From Candidatus Nanoarchaeia archaeon (GTDB taxonomy: Archaea; Nanobdellota; Nanobdellia; Pacearchaeales; GW2011-AR1), in assembly GCA_028718805.1 (NCBI GenBank), contig JAQUKY010000001.1:80384-144383 (forward strand): a DNA stretch of 64,000 nucleotides, written 5' to 3'. The translations under genes were made by a program, and so were the position numbers. Below are positions 18,342 to 27,334 of the stretch, piece after piece (within the stretch, counting starts at the first letter, position 1; every line of letters begins with the position of its first letter). The notes beneath the pieces are model-generated. The model was not told where the DNA came from and searched no databases. It saw nothing but the letters and a program-made list of their open reading frames with translations.

Positions 18342-19119
18342 TTTCTGTTTGTATAACCCTTAATGGATATTCGCTTAATCTTATTTCAAGTATGGAATCT
18401 CTTGGAAAGTCATATTCTATTGTATCAAGTGCAAACTTTCCTTCATGCCCTTTAGATTCTATTCTAAAATATTCTCCTTCTCCACTTTTAATCGGACGAG
18501 CTGTTGTGAACTTAAATATTTTCGAGTTTCTTGGATAAGGAGTAAAATCAGAATGCCAGCCTGTTGAACCAGTTCCAGTAACTATGACTAACCCAGAATT
18601 TTCATGATATTCTATTTTTTCGTCGTACATTATATTATAGCGGGCCATTTTTGTGAATTTCATGCCTTCTCCCCCAACAGCTGTTTCGTTTAATGCTCTG
18701 CCAATAAATTTTCCATCGTGATAAACATCTTGCCTTGTCCATTCTTCAATTTTATAATTGCTATTAAGAAAATTTTTAAGAGCGTTTTCTGTATCTTTCT
18801 GGCAAAGAGCCCCAACGCTTTTTGAATCTGTTTTGAGATTTAACTGGGGGATATTTTTATTGAAGGCGGCGGTCGCAATAACCGTACCATCTCCTCCAGC
18901 CGAGATAACTGCATCATATTCGTTAACGAGTTCTTCTGATAATTCTCTTCGTGTAATTGTCCTATACTCACCTCCTGCTTTTTTGATTAATTCTTCTGTT
19001 TTCTCTACGCTTTGATTGTGATTTTCATGGCTTTCTATAATTTGCCTGCTTTTATGATTGCCATTATAATAGAATTCTAATGCTGACATTTTTCTTACTA
19101 TTAGTATTTTAGGTTTCAT
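18331..19119 (-). CDS. nadK: NAD kinase
   Basis: GGDGT motif (ISAGGDGTVIA), LNETAV, and glycine-rich VTGTGSTGW. Confidence 0.8.
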   Translation of the reverse strand: MKPKILIVRKMSALEFYYNGNHKSRQIIESHENHNQSVEKTEELIKKAGGEYRTITRRELSEELVNEYDAVISAGGDGTVIATAAFNKNIPQLNLKTDSKSVGALCQKDTENALKNFLNSNYKIEEWTRQDVYHDGKFIGRALNETAVGGEGMKFTKMARYNIMYDEKIEYHENSGLVIVTGTGSTGWHSDFTPYPRNSKIFKFTTARPIKSGEGEYFRIESKGHEGKFALDTIEYDFPRDSILEIRLSEYPLRVIQTENDR

Positions 19120-19145
19120 TTTTTCATTTGGATATCCTCTTAACT

Positions 19146-19164
19146 TAGTGTATATTTTACACTA
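19146..19164 (-). promoter_or_regulatory. Predicted NrtR-type operator fused to the TATA box (nadK-nadD-nrtR promoter)
   Basis: Minus strand reads ATTTAAATAGTGTAAAATATACACTAAG. It has perfect 7-bp arms TAGTGTA/TACACTA with a 5-nt spacer, immediately 3' of TTTAAATA. Confidence 0.6.
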
Positions 19165-19219
19165 TTTAAATCTTTGTATACTGCAGTACATACTTTTAAT
19201 TTTTTATCTGCAATAATTT

Positions 19220-20239
19220 TTACCTTCTGAGATTGTACATTTTTCTTCCAAGGGCTTTAATTTTTTCAGAATTTTTTAGCTCATTTACCCATTTATCTGG
19301 GAATATCATGCCGTTCTTTGCCCCGGCTAATGCTCCATACATTGCTCCTGTTGTGTCGCAATCTCCCCCAAAATTTACTGTTTCAATTAAACCTTCTATT
19401 GGTTTATCCCAGTATTTTTGGAACATGAAGATTGTGAAAGGATAAGCTTCAAAAACCAGGGAAGAGCATCCAAGAATCGCATATGCTTTTATATCTGGAG
19501 CATCTTGATTTTCTTTGACCCATTTCAATTTTGAGGAAAGATTGCCTCTTTCAGGTAAAGCGTCATACTCCTGCTGCCTTTCATTTTTTGTGCAGGTATT
19601 TACTATTGAATCTAAAAATTCTTGCTTTGCTGGCTCGTTTAATAATTGAGATATAGCATGGGCTTGCACAACTCCAGATGCAATTGACCTTTCATCTAAA
19701 TGAGTTGCTCTTGAAATTAATCTTGACATCTTAATTCCTTCTTCGTATTTCCCTGTTGCATGCATATATAATCCTACAGGCGCCATTTTCATGCAGGGGC
19801 CAGTTCCAGGGCCAGGAGAAATTCCCAATTTTATTTTTTCAAATGCCTCTCTTGTTGATTTCCCAAATCCCCCTCTGATCTTTCCATCTGGTTTCCTGAG
19901 AGAATCATAAACTTCCACTTGTTTTTTACAGATATCTGTTAAATCTAATATTTTTTTATCTGCAATTGACTCTGCTATTGCTAAAGTTAGTATAGTGTCA
20001 TCAGTATAATCCCCTTTTGATAGGTCTCTTCCCCAATATTTTAGCCTGCCAAATTCATCTTCTTTTAGTAAATTTCCATTTTTATCTTTGACAAGAACGG
20101 GGTCAATAAGGTCTGTTATTCTTCCAACATATTTCTTAATTTGTCCCTTTTTCCATGCTTCTATAGGCATTCCAAGAGCATCTCCGATACCACAGCCGAT
20201 TAAAGTTGCGATATATTTTTCTTCAATATTTGTTTTCAT
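19220..20239 (-). CDS. ADP-ribosylglycohydrolase (ARH/DraG family)
   Basis: GCGIGDALGMPIE, GDYTDDT and GGDCDTTGAMYGALAGA (binuclear-metal ligand contexts). Confidence 0.85.
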   Translation of the reverse strand: MKTNIEEKYIATLIGCGIGDALGMPIEAWKKGQIKKYVGRITDLIDPVLVKDKNGNLLKEDEFGRLKYWGRDLSKGDYTDDTILTLAIAESIADKKILDLTDICKKQVEVYDSLRKPDGKIRGGFGKSTREAFEKIKLGISPGPGTGPCMKMAPVGLYMHATGKYEEGIKMSRLISRATHLDERSIASGVVQAHAISQLLNEPAKQEFLDSIVNTCTKNERQQEYDALPERGNLSSKLKWVKENQDAPDIKAYAILGCSSLVFEAYPFTIFMFQKYWDKPIEGLIETVNFGGDCDTTGAMYGALAGAKNGMIFPDKWVNELKNSEKIKALGRKMYNLRR

Positions 20240-22764
20240 TTTCGTTGTTTTACAATCTCTGGCTTACTGCCTTTTTTTACTATCGTTAATCCTAAAAACT
20301 TTTTATCTTCTTCTGGGAAATCTTCTCTGAAATGACAGGCTCTGCTTTCCTCTCTTTTTAATGCACTTTCTAAAATTATACTTGCAACGTCTGCGATATT
20401 TCTAACTTCTAAAAAATCTTTTGCTAAGAAATAATCCCAATAAAACACATCGATTCCTTTTTGAAGTGCATTTAATTTTTGTATTGCAATCTCTAGTCTT
20501 TTCTTGTCTCTTGAAATTCCGCAAAGGTCAGTCATTACTCTTCTTATTGATTCCCAGTATTCTTCTATTAACTCCTGATGTTTTATCTTGGTTGCTTTTC
20601 CAACGTCCCATAATGGTATTTCTATATCTTTATTATCATGCTTCTTTGATAAAAAATGTTTTGCAGCAAGTCTCCCAAATAATATGCATTCTGGACCAGA
20701 ATTGCTTGCAAGACGTGTTGCCCCATGTAGTCCAGTGTATGATGTTTCCCCGAGTACATAACAGTTTTTTATGCTGGTTTCTGAATTTGAATCAACTAAC
20801 ACTCCTCCGTTTGAGTAATGAACTGCATAAACAATTGGGATAGGATCTTTTTTCATATCAAATCCCTTTTTAAGGCAGAAATCATAGGAATTCTTAAAAT
20901 CTTTTGTGAGCCTGCTTTCAGGGATTTTAGTGCAGTCTAACCATAAATGAGTTAAATTATTTTTTTTCATTTCCAGGTCTTCTGCCCGGCTTACAACATC
21001 ACGTGTTGCCTTTGAGCCAAGAGGATGGTACTTTAAAATGCAATCTTCTTTAGAATCTTTATAAGTCTTGATTATTGCTCCTGCTCCGCGCAGAGCTTCT
21101 GTTAATAAGAATCTTCTTTCGTTTTCATGTCTTGCCTTTAGGTCATAGAAAACACTTGGGTGAAATTGTATAAATTCCATATTTGCCAGAGGCAACCCTG
21201 CTCTGTAACACATTGCAAACCCGTCTCCTGTGGCAATATCTTTGTTGCTTGTGTATGAGAAAACTTTTCCAAGTCCTCCTGTGGCAACAAATGTTGCTTT
21301 GCAAGAAACAGTCTTGACATAATTCTTTTTTATATCATAGACATAAAATCCCAGGCATATATTTTTACCTTTTCTTCTTAATTTTTTGCTGGTTATTAAA
21401 TCAATAACAATGTGGTCTTCATGCAAAGTTATGTTTGGGTGAGTTCTTACTTTTTCACTGAGAATTTTCATTATAGTAATTCCTGTTGTGTCTTTTGCAT
21501 GAAATACTCTATTTCTGCTGTGCCCTCCTTCTATATGCAGATCATAAACATATCCTTTTTTTGATTTATCAAAATCAACTCCCTTTTGAACTAACCATTC
21601 TATAACATCTGGAAAAAAATGCTTTGAACAATATTCTACAATTTTCTTGTCATTTAGATATTTTCCTGCCATGAGCGTGTCTTTTACATGTTTTTCAAAT
21701 GAGTCTCCTTTTAACGGCTTGTTGTTAATTATTGGAACTGCAGTTAATCCCCCTGCTGCCAGATAACTATTGCAGTCTTTGAATAAGCTTTTCTTTACAA
21801 ATAAGTCTACTTTTTTACCTGCATCAGCTAATTCTAGTGCTACTGTGCATCCTGCAAATCCTCCCCCAATTACTCCACATTCAGTTCTTATCATATTTCT
21901 GTCCATGCCTAGGTCAACTGATCTTGCAGAGTGGGTTATTTCGCCTATTGAGATTCTTTCAACTCCTGTTTTAGCAATACTTCTAACATTCTCAAGGTTT
22001 ATGCCTCCTGATGCCTCTAGCAATGGCTTTTTATTTTTATTATTCTCATTTCTCATTAAAACTGCTTTTTTTAACTGTTGAGGGCTCATGTTATCCAAAA
22101 GGATTATATCTATCCCAGGAATTTTTAAAATATTTTTAAATTGATTTAAATTATCTACTTCTATTTCTATAAATTTTATTTTTTTCATTTTTTTTGCCTT
22201 GGTTACTATTTTATTTAATTGGTCGTATGTGTTTTTTCTAAGTTGTGCTAGATGATTGTCCTTGATAAGAACTGCATCATAAAGCCCTATTCTGTGATTG
22301 TTTCCCCCTCCACATTTAACAGCATATTTTTCCAATTGTCTCCAACCCGGAGTTGTTTTTCTTGTGTCGTATATTTTTGCGCTAGTCTCTTTTACTGCAT
22401 CTACATATTTACTAGTTAATGTTGCAATTCCGCTTAGTTTTTGCATAAAATTAAGAAGAACCCTTTCAGAATTTAGAATAGAATTTAAACGTCCTTCTAT
22501 TGTTGCTATCTTTTCTCCTTTATCAACTCTTTCTCCATCTTCTGCATATATCTTGACTTTTAGGCTTGGGTCATATTCTCTTAAAATTTCTGCAATGAGA
22601 TTTGTTCCGCATACGATTATTTCCTCCCGGGAAACAATGTTTGCACTTATAACTTCGTTATTTTCATGGAAGAGACTTGTTGTTACATCTCCGTTTCCGA
22701 AATCTTCTTTAACTGCCATCTTGATTAAATGAGGCAATCCCTTGAATTTTGTTTTGTTTTTCAT
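20236..22764 (-). CDS. nadC-nadB: Fusion: quinolinate phosphoribosyltransferase (NadC, N) plus L-aspartate oxidase (NadB, C)
   Basis: N about 290 aa: DTRKTTPGWRQLEKYAVKCGGGNNHRIGLYDAVLIKDNH. C about 550 aa: FAD fold GVIGGGFAGCTVALELA, FIQFHPS, GLHGATRLASNS. Confidence 0.9.
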   Translation of the reverse strand: MKNKTKFKGLPHLIKMAVKEDFGNGDVTTSLFHENNEVISANIVSREEIIVCGTNLIAEILREYDPSLKVKIYAEDGERVDKGEKIATIEGRLNSILNSERVLLNFMQKLSGIATLTSKYVDAVKETSAKIYDTRKTTPGWRQLEKYAVKCGGGNNHRIGLYDAVLIKDNHLAQLRKNTYDQLNKIVTKAKKMKKIKFIEIEVDNLNQFKNILKIPGIDIILLDNMSPQQLKKAVLMRNENNKNKKPLLEASGGINLENVRSIAKTGVERISIGEITHSARSVDLGMDRNMIRTECGVIGGGFAGCTVALELADAGKKVDLFVKKSLFKDCNSYLAAGGLTAVPIINNKPLKGDSFEKHVKDTLMAGKYLNDKKIVEYCSKHFFPDVIEWLVQKGVDFDKSKKGYVYDLHIEGGHSRNRVFHAKDTTGITIMKILSEKVRTHPNITLHEDHIVIDLITSKKLRRKGKNICLGFYVYDIKKNYVKTVSCKATFVATGGLGKVFSYTSNKDIATGDGFAMCYRAGLPLANMEFIQFHPSVFYDLKARHENERRFLLTEALRGAGAIIKTYKDSKEDCILKYHPLGSKATRDVVSRAEDLEMKKNNLTHLWLDCTKIPESRLTKDFKNSYDFCLKKGFDMKKDPIPIVYAVHYSNGGVLVDSNSETSIKNCYVLGETSYTGLHGATRLASNSGPECILFGRLAAKHFLSKKHDNKDIEIPLWDVGKATKIKHQELIEEYWESIRRVMTDLCGISRDKKRLEIAIQKLNALQKGIDVFYWDYFLAKDFLEVRNIADVASIILESALKREESRACHFREDFPEEDKKFLGLTIVKKGSKPEIVKQRK

Positions 22765-22766
22765 TT

Positions 22767-23675
22767 TTAACCTACACTTATCATCTTATTTAATGCTTTG
22801 CTGGCTTTAATCCTTATGTTTTCTGGAACATTTATCTCATACTGGTTTTTTTCAAGTGCTTCATAAACCTTTTTTAGAGTAGTTTTTTTCATGTTAGGGC
22901 ATGTTCCTCCAATTGAATAATACTTGTTCTCTGGGTTTTCTTTGATTAATCTATTAATCATATCTATTTCTGTTGCTAAAATTATTTGTTTGTTTTTATT
23001 TTCCTTTGCAAATTTAACCATTTTTTCTGTTGAGCAGATTTCATCTGCGTATTTTAAGACTTCTGCAGGACATTCAGGGTGCATTATAAGCTTTGCTTTT
23101 GGGTTTTGTTCTTTTGCAAGCTTTGCTTTTTCAGGAGAAATATTCTGATGGACATGACAGTAGCCCTGCCAGGGGATTATTTTCTTGTTTGTTTTTGTCT
23201 GAACATATGCACCAAGATTTTTATCAGGAATAAACAAAATTTCATTTTCCTTCATACTGTTTACAAGTTCAACTGCATTTCCAGAAGTACAACATGCATC
23301 TGATTCTGCTTTTATATTTGCATTTGTGTTTACATATGCAACGACTGCTGCTCCTGGATGCTGTTTTTTGAATTCTTTTAACTGTTTTACTGTTATCATT
23401 TCTGCCATAGGGCATCCTGCGTCAATTGCAGGGAGCAAGACTATTTTTTTTGGATTAAGTATTTTTGCAGTTTCTGCCATGAATTTGACTCCGCAGAAAA
23501 CTATTATGTCCTTGTCTGTTTCTGCAGCTTTTTTGCTTAATCCAAGAGAGTCTCCTATATAATCTGCAACTTCATATATTTCTGGTCTTTGATAGTTATG
23601 AACCAGTATGACTGCGTTTTTCTTTTTCTTTAATTCTTCAATTTTCCTGATTAGATTTTTTTCTTTATTTTCCAT
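22767..23675 (-). CDS. nadA: Quinolinate synthase
   Basis: About 300 aa with LVHNYQ, FCGVKFMAETAKIL and MHPECP contexts typical of NadA. Confidence 0.9.
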   Translation of the reverse strand: MENKEKNLIRKIEELKKKKNAVILVHNYQRPEIYEVADYIGDSLGLSKKAAETDKDIIVFCGVKFMAETAKILNPKKIVLLPAIDAGCPMAEMITVKQLKEFKKQHPGAAVVAYVNTNANIKAESDACCTSGNAVELVNSMKENEILFIPDKNLGAYVQTKTNKKIIPWQGYCHVHQNISPEKAKLAKEQNPKAKLIMHPECPAEVLKYADEICSTEKMVKFAKENKNKQIILATEIDMINRLIKENPENKYYSIGGTCPNMKKTTLKKVYEALEKNQYEINVPENIRIKASKALNKMISVG

Positions 23676-24111
23676 TTTTCTGCCTCCATATCTTATACTT
23701 TTCGATAATTTTTTTATGACTGAAAGCCATGTCAGGCAAGTTATCTAAGGGGAATTTTTTAACATCTGCTGCATCATCCCCTGGCTTTGTAACTCCGGTA
23801 TATTTTGTTGTAACATAGATTAAAGAGACTATATGCCCTCTTTCATTTTTGAGGGGATTATCTTTATGAGGATTTGATGTTTCGTGAAACAGCTCTAAAT
23901 CCTCTGTTTCTACATCTAAGCCTGTTTCTTCCTTAGCTTCTCTCCTGGCAGTTTGCCTCACGTTCTCTTCATCAACATTCAGAAACCCTCCCGGGAGTGC
24001 CCACAGACCTTTGTAAGGATTAAATTTTCTCTGAATCAAATATATCTCCCCATTATCTTCTATTATCAGGTCTGCAGTTACACTTGGTTTCTTAAAATTT
24101 TCTTGTTGCAT
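23665..24111 (-). CDS. Nudix hydrolase
   Basis: Nudix box GGFLNVDEENVRQTARREAKEETGL. Confidence 0.85.
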   Translation of the reverse strand: MQQENFKKPSVTADLIIEDNGEIYLIQRKFNPYKGLWALPGGFLNVDEENVRQTARREAKEETGLDVETEDLELFHETSNPHKDNPLKNERGHIVSLIYVTTKYTGVTKPGDDAADVKKFPLDNLPDMAFSHKKIIEKYKIWRQKNGK

Positions 24112-24112
24112 T

Positions 24113-24874
24113 TTAACTCTTAATAGCCTCCATAATTTTATTCTTAAATTTTATATCTACATCATAGGATATAAATCTATTTTCTGCTGTTTTATTAAAC
24201 TTTACGAAATCTTCTCCTAAAGCAGCAGATACTGCCAGAGCATCGTACATTGGAAATTCAGTTCTTCCTGTATAATCTGCCCATCTTTTTGTGGATTCAT
24301 ATAAAAAGTTTCCTAATTCAGTTTTTTTAAGAGCTTCTAGTTCATTTAGTGTGAAACAAACTTTTTTTGAGACTTCATTAGTTATCTGGAAAATTTTCCA
24401 GGGCTGAGAGAATACTTTTTGTGCAGCTTCGTTATCTGTTATCATATTGTGAGTGCCTTCAGAACCCATTATATAAACTTCTTTAACATTTTTTATACTT
24501 GGATTGTTTTCAAGCTGAAAAGCAATGTTTGTTAAAAGACCTATGCAAATAAGCTTTGTATCTTTATCATATTCTGGAAACTTATTATTTTCTAAATTTT
24601 CATTAAGCTCCTGCTGAGTTAAAGCTAATGGCTCTATTCCTGTCCAGTATTTTTTTATCATATCTTTGCTTCCAGATTTGCCCGCGGTTATTGGAATGTT
24701 AATTCCCAAAATCCTCTCGAGCTTTCTTGCTATCTTCGCCCTTATTATTGTGTCTCCCTGAGTAATTGTTATTGCCTTTATGTCTGCATTATTTTTTATA
24801 GCATAAGCCAGTGCAAACGCATCATCGGGGTCTGTTCCGATGTCTGTATCAATTACGAAATTTGTTTTTGTCAT
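24113..24874 (-). CDS. Nucleoside hydrolase (IU-NH family, short form)
   Basis: N-terminal aspartate cluster IDTDIGTDPDDAFALAYA. It is 253 aa, shorter than the roughly 310 aa of typical Rih enzymes. Confidence 0.7.
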   Translation of the reverse strand: MTKTNFVIDTDIGTDPDDAFALAYAIKNNADIKAITITQGDTIIRAKIARKLERILGINIPITAGKSGSKDMIKKYWTGIEPLALTQQELNENLENNKFPEYDKDTKLICIGLLTNIAFQLENNPSIKNVKEVYIMGSEGTHNMITDNEAAQKVFSQPWKIFQITNEVSKKVCFTLNELEALKKTELGNFLYESTKRWADYTGRTEFPMYDALAVSAALGEDFVKFNKTAENRFISYDVDIKFKNKIMEAIKS

Positions 24875-25902
24875 TTTTTATTTTCAAATAATTTATCTAC
24901 GAGTTTCTTTGCTCTATTGAATCTTTCATCATAATTCCCGTTTATCTCAATAAATGAAACTTTTCTATCCCTGAACATTTTTTTTAATTTATCATTGTTG
25001 ATTTTTCTTGTTTCCTGCTCTCCTGCAAATCTTAGGCCATCTTCAACCCATTTTACATCAGGTTCCAGATATAAGACCAGGTCATAATCCTGTAATTTTA
25101 CTATTTCCTCTATTAATTTAGATTTTTCTTTTGGGCAGTACATGTCCAAATAGTACTGGGTTGTTATTGCTTCGCTGTCAATAAACAAAACTTTATTGCT
25201 CTGCTCTGCCCTTTTCTGCTGCAATAAAAAATGTTCCATTGCTATATGATTAAACATTTCCTTGGTTAACTGATTGGAATATTTCTTACTGTAATCTCTC
25301 CCCACTTCTTCCACATAATTTGTGTTGTAAAACTTTGCCAGTTTCTTTGTAAGGATTGTTTTTCCGCAGCTTTCTGTTCCAACTACTGCAACTTTTTTTG
25401 TGAAATAAGATCTTACACAGTTTGGAAGCTTATCCCAGTTTTCATAAAGATTTTTTCTCATTTCAGTAGCTGAAATTCTTACAGTGTTTCTTTTGTCATC
25501 TATTACAATGTGTTTTGAATCTGGGTAAAATTTTTTAAAAAGTTTACTATACTCATGTTCTGAACTAAACACATAATCAATAGGTTTGCCAATTGCTTTC
25601 TTTATTAAATTTGCCCCAGTTTCCCAGTCGTAATTATTTTCCCACCGATCATCTTCGATATGTATCAGTTTTATGTTCTCAAGATTATTTAATGATTCTC
25701 CAATCCAGGATAATCTGACTTCTGCAGGAATATACTTTATTCCATCTCTCTCGCAGATTTCTCTGTCTCTGTTTTTAGATGAAGTAACAACTACATAAAG
25801 TTCATCTACTTGGTTTGAAGCAGCAATTATTGCATACACATGCCCTAAATGAAAGGGCAGGAATTTCCCTCCTATGAAACCAACTGTCTTTTTATTTTCC
25901 AT
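24871..25902 (-). CDS. nadR: NadR-like bifunctional NMN adenylyltransferase / ribosylnicotinamide kinase (no HTH)
   Basis: GGKFLPFHLGHVYAI (HxGH) in the N half; P-loop VVGTESCGKTILTKKLA in the C half. Confidence 0.85.
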   Translation of the reverse strand: MENKKTVGFIGGKFLPFHLGHVYAIIAASNQVDELYVVVTSSKNRDREICERDGIKYIPAEVRLSWIGESLNNLENIKLIHIEDDRWENNYDWETGANLIKKAIGKPIDYVFSSEHEYSKLFKKFYPDSKHIVIDDKRNTVRISATEMRKNLYENWDKLPNCVRSYFTKKVAVVGTESCGKTILTKKLAKFYNTNYVEEVGRDYSKKYSNQLTKEMFNHIAMEHFLLQQKRAEQSNKVLFIDSEAITTQYYLDMYCPKEKSKLIEEIVKLQDYDLVLYLEPDVKWVEDGLRFAGEQETRKINNDKLKKMFRDRKVSFIEINGNYDERFNRAKKLVDKLFENKK

Positions 25903-26476
25903 TTTGAGTTTTATATGATCTATACCATTTAATTAATCCGGATGTTGCCAGGACCAGGAACACAGCATAAAGTCCTGTTGTCATGTACAATCCTTTGTAA
26001 GAGTATATGAATAGCGCCATTACATCTACTGAAATCCATAAAACCCAATTTTCAAGGATTTTTCTTCCCATTAACCATTGAGCAGTAAGGCTCATTACAG
26101 TTGTTAATGAATCCCAATAAGGAAGTGAAGCCCCGGTATAATTAGCCATAACATATCCAAGCAGCATTGTTACAACTATAATCTCAAGTGACCAGAATAT
26201 TATTCCCATTATTTTTAATCTTTTAACAGGAACACTATCTTTCTTTTTTTTATTACCATAAACCCAATAATACCATCCATAAATCTGCATGAAAATGTAT
26301 ATAAAATTTTCAAGAGTATCTGAATATAGCTTAACATTTAAGAATATGATTACGTAGAGAATTGTCATTGCAATTCCTGTTGGCCAGCACCATATATTCT
26401 GCTTTGTTGTGAAATAAACACTTAATACCCCAAGTATGACTGCTGCAAGCTCCAAAATAGTCATTAATTCTAGCAT
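25892..26476 (-). CDS. pnuC: Nicotinamide riboside transporter PnuC
   Basis: Multi-TM protein with the signature KQNIWCWPTGI and Trp-rich helices. Confidence 0.85.
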   Translation of the reverse strand: MLELMTILELAAVILGVLSVYFTTKQNIWCWPTGIAMTILYVIIFLNVKLYSDTLENFIYIFMQIYGWYYWVYGNKKKKDSVPVKRLKIMGIIFWSLEIIVVTMLLGYVMANYTGASLPYWDSLTTVMSLTAQWLMGRKILENWVLWISVDVMALFIYSYKGLYMTTGLYAVFLVLATSGLIKWYRSYKTQNGK

Positions 26477-27333
26477 CTTTTATTCCTCCAAGATTTATAT
26501 CTCTCCATTACCAAGTTATGGTCAAAGGCAAGTCTTGGGGTTTCTTCAAGAGTAGCCCAGTATAGTTCAGAAGCATCATCTCCTGCTTTTGGGATTCCTT
26601 TATAATTTTTTACAATAAAAATGTGGTCAATTACATGAGTTCTTGGATCTCTATCCGGAGATGAGTTAACCATCAGTAATTCTAAATCTTCTGGGTTAGT
26701 TTTGAGGTTTGTTTCTTCATCTAATTCTCTTACTGCAGTCTTTTCCAATGATTCTTTCATGTAATCAAGGAATCCTCCCGGTAGAGCTAACATTCCTTTG
26801 TAGGGTTCATGCTTCCTTTTAACATAGCAGATTTTCCCGTTTCTTTCAACAATCATTGATGCTGTTGAAGCTGGATTTTTAAATTCCATTTTACTCCATT
26901 GTTTTACTTGTTTAGCTAAATCGTTTATAGAATAGACAATTTTTATCTCAGGTCTGATTAATGCTGTTTGTATTTCAACATCTATTTTTCTTTTGTATTC
27001 TGGATGAACCCCTATGAAAACGGGTTTATCAGAGTTACTTTGTTTTCCAAGTTCATAGAGAGTTATTGGGCAAAGAGTTTCTTTTGGGAACCAGAATGAA
27101 ACTGCATCTGCCTTCCTGAGATGATTGTATTCCCATATTATCTGTTCTTTGTCTATGCCAGGCTTATCTGGAAATATTTTTCTTCTTGGATTTAATATCA
27201 CAATTTTTTCATCTTCTAGTAACTTTACTAATTCTGACTGCCAGTTTTGGCATCCTGTTATGCCTCCGGCTATGAACAAGGATTTTTCATCTTGTTTTCT
27301 TTCATATTCTTCAGGCGCTTCTGTGTATTTCAT
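26470..27333 (-). CDS. Fusion: nucleoside 2-deoxyribosyltransferase-like domain (N) plus Nudix hydrolase (C)
   Basis: N half: LFIAGGITGCQNW...ADAVSFWF...ITLYELG (NDT/SLOG-like, Glu in YELG). C half: Nudix box LPGGFLDYMKESLEKTAVRELDEETNL. Confidence 0.65.
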   Translation of the reverse strand: MKYTEAPEEYERKQDEKSLFIAGGITGCQNWQSELVKLLEDEKIVILNPRRKIFPDKPGIDKEQIIWEYNHLRKADAVSFWFPKETLCPITLYELGKQSNSDKPVFIGVHPEYKRKIDVEIQTALIRPEIKIVYSINDLAKQVKQWSKMEFKNPASTASMIVERNGKICYVKRKHEPYKGMLALPGGFLDYMKESLEKTAVRELDEETNLKTNPEDLELLMVNSSPDRDPRTHVIDHIFIVKNYKGIPKAGDDASELYWATLEETPRLAFDHNLVMERYKSWRNKRC

Positions 27334-27334
27334 T

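Noticed and set aside
9266-23562. Numerous antisense track ORFs. Examples: 9266..9529, 9875..10099, 10355..10857, 11300..11623, 12949..13170, 13319..13630, 14318..14656, 16167..16691, 18758..19015, 19233..19445, 20088..20843, 21138..21320, 21770..22732, 22924..23562.
   Set aside because: Each is fully contained in, and antisense or out of frame to, a longer ORF with recognisable catalytic motifs. None has motifs of its own.
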